In this document: piece by piece, positions 1-7,597 of the stretch
Numbering within the stretch: position 1 is the first letter of the stretch
Layout: every line of letters begins with the position of its first letter
Assembly: GCA_963845515.1 (NCBI GenBank)
Contig: CAWJSR010000032.1
Span: 1-14,254, forward strand
DNA: 14,254 nt
Source: an uncultured delta proteobacterium
Lineage (GTDB): Bacteria > Myxococcota > Myxococcia > Myxococcales > Anaeromyxobacteraceae
Direction: 5' to 3'
Position numbers and translations under genes: made by a program
The notes under the pieces: generated by a model
Seen by the model: the letters and a program-made list of their open reading frames with translations, nothing else
Database searches by the model: none
Told to the model about the DNA's origin: nothing

Positions 1-1
1 C

Positions 2-234
2 CACCCAGACTACCAGCGCCACGGGCTCGGCAGGGCAGTTCTACACGAAGGAGCGCTGCGACTACGCGAACTCAGCGTTACATACACGCCCATGTCGGCT
101 CGTGGAGGGAAGATTCTGCCGGCGCCATGCTCTACCGCGCCACCGGCTTCCAACTGATCGACCGCTTCTACGACTGGCGCAAGATCTATCCTGTTGCTGA
201 TCCTGCGACCGATACGACTAAAGGTGCACCCTGA
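2..234 (+). pseudogene. GNAT-family N-acetyltransferase, C-terminal part (5'-truncated by window, one frameshift at about 82-84)
   Basis: Manual translation. The frame from nt 2 reads HPDYQRHGLGRAVLHEGALRLREL (GNAT motif A, R/Q-x-x-G-x-G). The frame from 85 reads HAHVGSWREDSAGAMLYRATGFQLIDRFYDWRKIY (GNAT LY..xGF motif) to TGA 232-234, which overlaps the next ATG (TGATG). Confidence 0.75.
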
Positions 235-1122
235 TGCCACGCAGTTCGCAGACCAGTTCCTTCGGCACCCGCTGGCATCAGCCACGACGCTTCGCAGTAT
301 TACGACTCGAAGCTCTATGCCAATATTGCCAGACAAAAGGGCGCGCCTATCCCCGATAACGACCTGCCGCCTGAATTCGAGAATCGGATCGTCCTTGGCA
401 GCTCCGAACACATGGAGGGCCTGCCCGATAACTGTGCTCCGCCTGATGGTGACCTCACCCCCCTACAACGTAACCAAGACCTACGACGATGATCTGTCTC
501 TCCAGGAGTATCTCGACCTGCTGCGCCGCGTGTTCGCCGAAACCTACCGCGTCCTCACCGACGGTGGCCGGGCCTGCGTCAATGTCGCCGATCTCGGCCG
601 CAAGCCTTATATCCCGCTCTCAGACCATATCTCACACATCATGATGGAGCTCGGCTTCCTCATGCGCGGCGAGATCATTTGGGCCAAGGGCGCCGGCGCC
701 GGCGTCTCCATGGCGTGGGGGAGCTGGCAGTCCGCCGCCAACCGCCGTGTTCCGCGATACGCACGAATACATCCTGGTCTTCTGCAAGGGCTCCTTCAAG
801 CGTCCCAAGGGCGAAAAGCAGAGCACCATCACCCGTGACCAGTTCATGGAATGGACCAAGTCCGTCTGGACCATGAACCCCGAGTCTGCCCGGCGCGTGG
901 GCCACCCGGCTCCCTTCCCCCTCGAGCTGCCCGCCCGCCTGATTCAACTCTACACCTTCGCCGGCGACGTAGTGCTAGACCCCTTCATGGGCAGCGGCAC
1001 CACCGCCCTCGCCGCCCTCCAGTCCGGCCCGCCGCTACGTCGGCTACGACACCAGCGAAGCATATGTCAACCTTGCGCAACAGCGCCTCGCCGCCGCGCA
1101 ACCACCGTCAGGGGCCCATTAA
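234..1122 (+). pseudogene. Site-specific DNA methyltransferase, N4-C/N6-A beta class; four apparent +1 frameshifts (pseudogene or sequencing errors)
   Basis: Stitched translation: MPRSSQTSSFGT / ISHDASQYYDSKLY...IVLGSSEHMEGLPDNC / LMVTSPPYNV...WGSWQSAAN / [10 protein letters not shown]...[38 protein letters not shown] / [20 protein letters not shown]...TAA 1120-1122. Catalytic SPPY precedes the SAM-binding DPFxGSGTT, which is the beta-class order. Shifts at about 270, 436, 742-747 and 1029. Confidence 0.9.
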
Positions 1123-1178
1123 CATACAGTTAACCGATCGTCTCCCCGTCCGATCTATCAAACAAAGAGGATGAAACA

Positions 1179-1450
1179 ATGCCAAAGCTACAAGTAACCG
1201 AACCTCGCAACCGCCTCTTGGGCGACATGCCCAAGATCGGCATTCGCCCGCCATCGACGGCCGCCTGGGCGGCGTGCGCGAAGGGCTGGAAGAGCAGACG
1301 ATGGGCATGGCCCGCCGCGTAGCCGCCTTCCTTACCGCCAACCTGCGCCACTACAACGGCCTGCCCGTTGAATGCGTGATCGCCGACGGCGCGATCGGCG
1401 GGGTGGCCGAGGCCGCCCGCTGCGCCGAGCAGTTCCGCAAGGCCGGCGTG
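1179..1450 (+). pseudogene. fucI: L-fucose isomerase, N-terminal fragment (frameshift at about 1250, truncated at about 1450)
   Basis: SD-like AGAGGA 1166-1171 and ATG 1179. Reads [24 protein letters not shown] / [66 protein letters not shown], matching the FucI N-terminus as I recall it (PKIGIRPxIDGRxxGVRESLEEQTMxMA...VECVI). The expected next motif TVTPCWCYG is absent in all three frames. Confidence 0.88.
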
Positions 1451-1642
1451 GTCGGTGGAGCTGCTCACTACGCTGAACCGCCTTGCGGGAACCCGCTTCT
1501 CCGCTCCGCCGGTCCAGGCGGTTCGGAGCACATCGATGGGTCGGCAGCGAACCCGACGCCATTCTAGCGGGCGCGCCAGCCACGGCAAGCCCCTCGGTCA
1601 ACGCTGGCCTGCCCGTCAGACTCGCCTGCTACCCTCACCCAC

Positions 1643-2197
1643 ATGAGTACGACTTGGAACTTCATCAACGTGGGCGCCCTGCTGCTGTCCCCCGTCGTCG
1701 CGGTCCTAGTGACCATCTGGATTCAGGTGCACCAGCAGACGCACGCCCGGAAGGAGCGCCTATTCGAGACGCTGATGAAGTTCCGCATGGCGAACCCCCC
1801 GCCTCGCGAACTGGTCGATGCTCTCAACCTCATCGATGTGGTCTTCAAGAGCAACGACGAGGTCCGGCGACTCTGGAAGGACTACTTCGAGATGCTCTGC
1901 CGCCCGCGAACCTCCAACCCCGAGCAGGACGTGTTGCGCGCTAAGTACCTCGACCTCCTCAGCGCCATCGCGAAGGACCTCGGGTACTCCCGCATCCAGC
2001 AGACCGACATCGCGCGGTTCTACGTCCCGCAGTACCACGAGGACGAGTTCGGATGGTCGCTGAGGTTCCGCAAGGAACTGTTGCGCGTCCTGGAGAGCAC
2101 CGAGCATCTGGTGGTGAAGGGGCGCGACGACGTTGCCACTGATGATCGCGGCTCAGGCGCGTCGCCGCTTCTTCCACCTCCGCGGAAGCTCGGCTAG
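1643..2197 (+). CDS. DUF6680-like protein with N-terminal transmembrane helix
   Basis: 184-aa ORF with GC3-rich codons and an N-terminal hydrophobic helix (ALLLSPVVAVLVTIWI). The motifs LFETLM, DALNLIDVVF, DLLSAIAKDLGY and YVPQ resemble DUF6680 (recognised from memory, not searched). Confidence 0.7.
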   Translation: MSTTWNFINVGALLLSPVVAVLVTIWIQVHQQTHARKERLFETLMKFRMANPPPRELVDALNLIDVVFKSNDEVRRLWKDYFEMLCRPRTSNPEQDVLRAKYLDLLSAIAKDLGYSRIQQTDIARFYVPQYHEDEFGWSLRFRKELLRVLESTEHLVVKGRDDVATDDRGSGASPLLPPPRKLG

Positions 2198-2203
2198 GCC
2201 CCG

Positions 2204-2563
2204 ATGTCGTCGGACGGCTGGAAGGAAGCCGGGTTCATGCTCTCGGTCTGCTCGGCGGTCGTGTCGGTGGCATCCGCTCTGATAGCGCGCGCCGCACTGG
2301 CAAACTCCACCCGGGCGGTCACGCTCGCGGAAACCAAACACCAGTGGGAAGAGGACGACCGGTCGTCAGCCGCTGCGGAGCGCGCCTGGTGTGAGCGGGT
2401 GCGCCTTCGGCTCGAAGAGTCGCCAGACGACCCCATCGGCGTCCCGGACGACAAGCTAGACTGGGCGCTCCGTGGAGACGGGAAGTACTTCCAAGTCGTG
2501 CGCCACGGCAACCTGACGTTCACTTGCGCCCTCGGCGTTCACGCCGGGCCGCTGTTGGGGTGA
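2204..2563 (+). CDS. Hypothetical protein with N-terminal hydrophobic segment
   Basis: 119-aa ORF starting 6 nt after the previous stop, with a hydrophobic N-terminus (FMLSVCSAVVSVASALIA) followed by a charged region. No family recognised. Confidence 0.55.
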   Translation: MSSDGWKEAGFMLSVCSAVVSVASALIARAALANSTRAVTLAETKHQWEEDDRSSAAAERAWCERVRLRLEESPDDPIGVPDDKLDWALRGDGKYFQVVRHGNLTFTCALGVHAGPLLG

Positions 2564-2585
2564 CGACACTTACGAGGCCGCCCCC

Positions 2586-3217
2586 ATGAGCGCCCCCCTC
2601 GACCAACTCCTCCAGCTCTCCTCTCGCCCGCTCATCGAGGCGCCGATCGCGGACGGACTGCCGCTGCTGGAGCCTTTCGGCGCGCTCGGCGCGGAGCTGT
2701 ACGAGCTTCTATCGCGCCGGAACGGCTTCTACGCCTTCGAGTCGGCGCTTCACGTCTTGCCCAGTGGTCAGGCCGACGACGTGCTGGACCTCGCGACGTG
2801 GAACTCCGAGTCGACGTGGCGGCGGGAGTTCGGCGACCTCGCGAAGGGCTGCCTGTTCTTTGCGGAGGACGCCTTCGGCTTCCAGTTCTGCCTGGCGCGA
2901 GGCCAGGTCTGCACCTTCGACAGCGAGACCGGGCAGGTGACCCCGATGGCCCGCTCGATGGAGGAGTGGTTCGCGCAGCTCCTCTTCGAGTTCCGTTACT
3001 TGGTCGGGCAACCGGTGGCGCACGAGTGGCAAGTCGCCAACGGCCCGCTCGCGCCGGGCCACCGTCTTGCGCCAAGCACCCCGTTCGTTCTCGGTGGCGA
3101 CATTGAGAACCTGTACGCGGCGGACAGGTCGACTTGATGCGCTTCCGCGGGGACCTGGCCACCCAGATCAGAGACCTGCCGGACGGCGCCAAGGTAACGC
3201 TCAAGGTCACGGACTGA
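2586..3217 (+). CDS. SMI1/KNR4 (SUKH)-like toxin immunity protein with Tdi1-C/DUF1851-like tail; frameshift at about 3127
   Basis: Contains LLSRRNGFYAFESALHVLP, LFFAEDAFGFQF, FDSETG and RLAPSTPFVLGG. The ORF stops at 3137, but the -1 frame continues VDLMRFRGDLATQIRDLPDGAKVTLKVTD* (TGA 3215-3217), the C-terminus I expect for this family. Confidence 0.7.
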
Positions 3218-3382
3218 CCCGGGATGCTGTCCGGTGGGCGAAGCGGAGTTTCCGGTCCGGGGCCACGACGGATGTGTGGATGTCGCGCGCGAGTCGGGTT
3301 CGCGGCGTTGACGCTCACCGACAAGAGCAGTCTTCTGTGCCTGCGGTCGACCGATAAGGGCCTTTGCTGTGGGTGAGGGACC

Positions 3383-3634
3383 ATGGATCAGAGCGGTGTC
3401 CGGCCACTGATGGTCATCTGCGCGGCGCTCGTAGCGCTGGGAGCGGCACTGCTCTGGTTCGCTCCGCACATCCAGCGAACTGGTCTCCGAATGATGGGCG
3501 AGCGGCGCACCAGTCCCGCCGCTTGGTCCCGCAAGATCGCGGAGTCGAAGACGAGCCTGCGTAGCATTCGAGCGACGGGCATGATGTGCATCGCGTTCGC
3601 TGCGGTGCTTTTCGCACTGGCGGCTGCGCGGTGA
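3383..3634 (+). CDS. Small hypothetical membrane protein (two TM helices)
   Basis: 83 aa with SD-like GAGGGA upstream. Two hydrophobic stretches (LMVICAALVALGAALLWFA and GMMCIAFAAVLFALAAA) flank a basic loop. Confidence 0.55.
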   Translation: MDQSGVRPLMVICAALVALGAALLWFAPHIQRTGLRMMGERRTSPAAWSRKIAESKTSLRSIRATGMMCIAFAAVLFALAAAR

Positions 3635-3801
3635 GGCGCTAACGACTTCAGGGAACTGACGGTCTTGCCGTCAGAGCGGCGTCGGCGGCGACCTGCTACG
3701 CTTCGTCAAGCAGCGCGTCGCCGACCGGGTCCTCGCGAATCCGAACCACCGCTTGGCGAACCTCCTCGACCTATGAGGCGGACAAGCAGGGAGACGCCAT
3801 C

Positions 3802-4459
3802 ATGGAGCGGCGGTTCCAGGACGTAGGCGAGAGTGTCTGGTCATTCGTCGACGACATCCTCGTCCGTTGCCCATCTTGCGCCGGTCCCGCACACGTCATC
3901 CCGCGAGGGAGAGCTCAGTAGCGGCATCGCGCGCCTGACGTGCATGTCGTGCGGTCTCGCGAAGGAGACTCCCAAGGACTCGGAAACGCAGCGGCGGTGT
4001 CAGCACTGCAACCGCTGGATTCCGAGCGCTGACTGGAAGACCGTTCGTCGAACGCCACGAAGCAGGTTCGACCAGGTCGAGTGCCCGCGGTGTCACCGCC
4101 TCGCACGCTCCACGCGGCACTGGATCGCGGTGGGGGTCCCGGAGGATCCGTTCTTCGGCCTTCCCCTGCTCCTTCAGGCGCCTTGCTGCGACGAGGTCCT
4201 CTGGGCCTTCAACTCCCGCCATCTGGAGGTCCTCGGCGCGCTGGTGGGTGCTTCCGTACGTGAGCGGGAGCGTGCGGCCCGCGCACGAGGAGACGTCGTC
4301 AGCAATTCAACTTTGCTCGCCAAGCTTCCTCGCTGGATGAAGGCGGCCAAGAACCGGGATGCGTTGCTCGCGTGCGTCGACAAGCTTCGAGTCCGCGCAA
4401 GGATCGAGGCCCCCGACCCCGTTGAAGGCGACTCGGTCGCGGTGAGGCTTTGCCTGTGA
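3802..4459 (+). CDS. Zinc-ribbon (multiple CxxC) hypothetical protein; frameshift at about 3900-3918
   Basis: SD GGGAGA 3789-3794 and ATG 3802 give MERRFQDVGESVWSFVDDILVRCPSCAGPAHVIP (stop 3919-3921). The +1 frame (track ORF 3833-4459) continues RLTCMSCG...CQHC...CPRC...DPFFGLPLLLQAPCCDEVLWAFNSRHL...LPRWMKAAKNRD. There are four CxxC pairs in total. Confidence 0.7.
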
Positions 4460-4576
4460 CTGGCCCCTTACGGGTCCTTGGGGGTAGACAGAAGGTCGCG
4501 TGTCCGTGGGGCCGGGTATTGGCCCTCAGAGCCGGGTGCGCGAGAGAATGCGTACCCGGAGAGGTCCACCTCCCTT

Positions 4577-7135
4577 ATGACCCTAAAATCGCGCCTATTC
4601 CTCCTGCTCGGGATCTTCACAGCCGGGCTCGTCCTCGTCTCGGCACTCTCGCTAGCGACGATGGCCGCCGTCCGGGTGAACGGTGCGCTCTACGAGCGGA
4701 TCGTCGCCGGCAAGGACCTGCTCGCCGACGTGCACCAGCCCTCGCTGGGTACCGCCGAGGCACTGCTCGCCGCGCAGAGGCTGGCGGACGCGACCGCCGA
4801 GGACGAGATCGCCGAGTTTTCAGGGAAGACGACGCAGCTCCGTACCGCGTTCGACGCTGCCCGCTCGGGGTGGGAGGCCAGGCTGCCAGAAGGGGAGACC
4901 CGTGCCCGGCTGCGGGCTGTCCTCGCCGAGGCCGAGGGGTTCTTCGAGGCGATCGACAAGGAGCTCGTTCCCGCCACGCGCGGCGGCGGCATCATGGCCG
5001 TGCAGCGGGCGATGGAGCGTGTCCAGGCCCGCTACGACGCGCAGGCGCTCCGCGCGACCGAGTTCGCGGACCACCTGCAGCAGGAGCAGCGCGCCTTCGA
5101 GGACGAGGGGCGCACCCTGGTGCGGAACCGGCTCTGGCTCCTCGCCGCGGTCATGCTGATCGTGCTCGGCGGCGGCGGCGGCCTGGCCGTCCAGCTCACC
5201 CGACGCGTGGGCCGGACGGTGGACGGGCTGGTCGCCCAGACGCGGCGGATCACCGACTCGGTCGGGCGCGGCGAGCTGGAGGTGCGGGCCGATCCCGGCG
5301 CCGTCGACGAGGAGTTCAGGCCGCTCATCGTCGGCGTCAACGGCACCGTCGACGCGCTCGTCGCGCCGCTGCGGACGGTGGCCACCTACGTCGATCGGAT
5401 CAGCCAGGGCGACGTCCCGCCGCCGATCGCCGAGGCGTGGCAGGGCGACCTGGAGCTGGTGAAGCAGAGCCTCAACCGCTGCATCGCCGCGGTCAACGCG
5501 CTGGTGGAGGACACCGGGCGGCTCGCCGAGGCCGGCGCGGCGGGGCGGCTGGACGCGCGCGCGGACGCGGGACGTCACGAGGGGAGCTTCCGCCGCGTCG
5601 TCGAAGGCGTGAACGCCAACCTGGACGCCGTCACCGGGCCGGTCCGCGAGGCGGCGAAGGCAGTCGAGATGCTCTCCCGCGGCGAGGTCCCGGGGCGGAT
5701 CGACGCGGCGTGGCGCGGGGAGTTCACCGTCCTGCGCGACGCGCTCAACCGCTGCCTGGACGCGATCCGCTGGCTGGTCGAGGACGTGCGCGCGCTCGCC
5801 GTCGCCGGCGCGGCTGGCCGGCTTGAGGTCCGGGCCGACGCGAGCCGCCACCAGGGGGACTTCCGCGCCATCGTCGAGGGGGTCAACGCCGCGCTCGACG
5901 CCGTCGTCGGGCCGCTGCGCGAAGCGGCCGCCTGCGTCGAGGACCTCTCCCGCGGACGGATCCAGACGTCGGTCGGAATCGGCTGGAAGGGCGACTTCGT
6001 CGCCCTGCGCGACGCGCTGGATCGGTGCCTCGGCGCGATCAGGGCGCTCGTGGAGGACGCTGGCGGGCAGGCGAGGGCCGCGGTGGAGGGACGGCTCGAC
6101 GTGCGCGCCGACACGACCCGCCACCAGGGCGGCTTCCGCGCCATCGTCGATGGGATGAACAGCGCCATCGAGGCGCTCGCGGCCCCGGCGGCCGAGGCGA
6201 CCCGCGCGCTGGAGATGCTCGCTGCGCGCGACCTGACGGCGCGGATGCCCGGCGACTTCGCCGGCGACCACGCACGCACCCAGCAGGCGCTCAACGGGAT
6301 GGCGGGCGCCCTCCACGAGGCGATCGCGCAGGTCGCGCTGGCGGTCCAGCAGGTCTCGATGGCGGCGGCCCAGATCGCGTCGACCGCCCAGTCGGTCGCC
6401 GGCGGCGCGTCCGCCCAGGCGGCAGCCCTCGAGCGGACCAGCGCGGAGCTGACCGGGCTGGCGGAGGGGACGCGCGAGGCGGCCGGCCGCGCGCGCGAGG
6501 CCGACGAGCTCGCCCGCAAGGCCAGCGACGCCGCGAAGGGTGGCGCCGAGGCCGTGACGCTCATGGGCCAGGCGATGGGGCGGATCGGCGCCGGCGCGGA
6601 GCGGACCCAGGCGATCATCAGGGACATCAACGAGATCGCGTTCCAGACCAACCTGCTCGCGCTCAACGCGGCGGTGGAGGCGGCGCGCGCCGGCGAGGCG
6701 GGACGCGGCTTCGCGGTCGTCGCCGAGGAGGTCCGGTCGCTCGCCCTCCGCTCCAAGGAGGCGGCGGCCAAGACCGAGGGGCTCATCAGCGAGTCGGTCT
6801 CCCAGGCCGCGCAGGGGACGGCGCAGGCCAACGCGGTCGAGACCCGGCTCAAGGAGATCGTGGAGTCGGTGAGCGGCGCGTCCGAGCGCGTGGCGCGGAT
6901 CACCGCGCTGATGGGCGAGCAGGTGCGTCGCGCCGACGGCGTCTCGGGCGCGATGGCCCAGGTCGACAAGGTCACCCAGCAGAACGCGTCGAGCGCGGAG
7001 GAGTCTTCGGCCGCAGCGGAGGAGCTCTCCGCGCAGGCGCAGGAGCTCAAGGGGCTGGTGGGGCGCTTCCACGTCGACGCCCGCGCCCTCCCGGCCGCGG
7101 CGCAGCGGCGGCGGCTCACCGGGGACAGCCGGTGA
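4577..7135 (+). CDS. Methyl-accepting chemotaxis protein with periplasmic sensor and poly-HAMP array
   Basis: SD-like GGAGAGG 4558-4564 and ATG 4577. TM1 is [21 protein letters not shown], followed by a helical periplasmic domain and TM2 [14 protein letters not shown], then tandem HAMP repeats. Signalling hairpin is [37 protein letters not shown] and methylation helix is [18 protein letters not shown]. Confidence 0.96.
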   Translation: MTLKSRLFLLLGIFTAGLVLVSALSLATMAAVRVNGALYERIVAGKDLLADVHQPSLGTAEALLAAQRLADATAEDEIAEFSGKTTQLRTAFDAARSGWEARLPEGETRARLRAVLAEAEGFFEAIDKELVPATRGGGIMAVQRAMERVQARYDAQALRATEFADHLQQEQRAFEDEGRTLVRNRLWLLAAVMLIVLGGGGGLAVQLTRRVGRTVDGLVAQTRRITDSVGRGELEVRADPGAVDEEFRPLIVGVNGTVDALVAPLRTVATYVDRISQGDVPPPIAEAWQGDLELVKQSLNRCIAAVNALVEDTGRLAEAGAAGRLDARADAGRHEGSFRRVVEGVNANLDAVTGPVREAAKAVEMLSRGEVPGRIDAAWRGEFTVLRDALNRCLDAIRWLVEDVRALAVAGAAGRLEVRADASRHQGDFRAIVEGVNAALDAVVGPLREAAACVEDLSRGRIQTSVGIGWKGDFVALRDALDRCLGAIRALVEDAGGQARAAVEGRLDVRADTTRHQGGFRAIVDGMNSAIEALAAPAAEATRALEMLAARDLTARMPGDFAGDHARTQQALNGMAGALHEAIAQVALAVQQVSMAAAQIASTAQSVAGGASAQAAALERTSAELTGLAEGTREAAGRAREADELARKASDAAKGGAEAVTLMGQAMGRIGAGAERTQAIIRDINEIAFQTNLLALNAAVEAARAGEAGRGFAVVAEEVRSLALRSKEAAAKTEGLISESVSQAAQGTAQANAVETRLKEIVESVSGASERVARITALMGEQVRRADGVSGAMAQVDKVTQQNASSAEESSAAAEELSAQAQELKGLVGRFHVDARALPAAAQRRRLTGDSR
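5366..6184 (+). repeat. Three tandem 273-nt (91-aa) di-HAMP repeats inside the MCP
   Basis: Unit-initial Pro codons lie at 5366, 5639, 5912 and 6185 (exact 273-nt period). Each unit has P..........S.G........W.G........L(N/D)RC......LVED.........GRL..RAD..RH.G.FR..V.G.N. Confidence 0.9.
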
Positions 7136-7597
7136 TCGCGAGCGGGCGCGAGCGGCCCTGCGGGGGCGGCGCCAGGCGCGCCCGAGCCCGCCGGCTTCGC
7201 GGTCGCGGCGGCGCTCTCGCTCGCCTCGTGCACCCCCGAGCCGGCGATCGGCGGCCCGCTCCCGTTCAACCGCGGCGGCGCGGGCACCTACTCCGGGCTC
7301 GCGCAGCAGCTCTTCGTCCCGCGCTGCGCGAGCGGGTCGTGTCACGGCGGGAGCCCGCCGATCGCCTTCCCGCAGCTCGACGCCGACGCCGGCTGGGCGG
7401 CGCTCGTGAATGTGCCGTCGGAGCAGAACGTCACCATGGATATGGTCGAGCCGGGGTCGCCCGACCAGAGCTGGCTGGTGCTCCGGCTCCGCGGCGAAGG
7501 GGGCCGTCAGTACATGCCGCTCGGCGACGCGCAGCTCACGGACGGGGAGATCGCGGCCGTCGAGGCCTGGATCGCCAACGGGGCGCTGAATGACTGA
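7132..7597 (+). CDS. Cytochrome c lipoprotein (planctomycete cytochrome c-like, CX4CH); probable frameshift in the signal peptide region
   Basis: The frame of track ORF 7406-7597 is open back to 7136 and reads [13 protein letters not shown] (lipobox, Cys 7229), [12 protein letters not shown] (7325-7345), [11 protein letters not shown] and [25 protein letters not shown]. It has no in-frame start upstream of the lipobox. GTG 7132, overlapping the MCP stop, gives an Arg-rich n-region [19 protein letters not shown] in the adjacent frame. Confidence 0.78.

Noticed and set aside
4067..4096. CPRCH in the zinc-ribbon protein as a heme c site
   Set aside because: The protein has no export signal and three other CxxC pairs, so zinc binding is more likely.
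1643..4459. Integron cassette array
   Set aside because: There is no integrase, the spacers of 6 and 22 nt between the first genes are too short, and I found no paired RYYYAAC...GTTRRRY attC boundaries.
7133..7135. Selenocysteine or read-through of the MCP TGA into the in-frame cytochrome
   Set aside because: It would fuse a lipoprotein signal behind a cytoplasmic signalling domain, and I see no convincing SECIS hairpin. A one-base indel after GTG 7132 is the simpler explanation.
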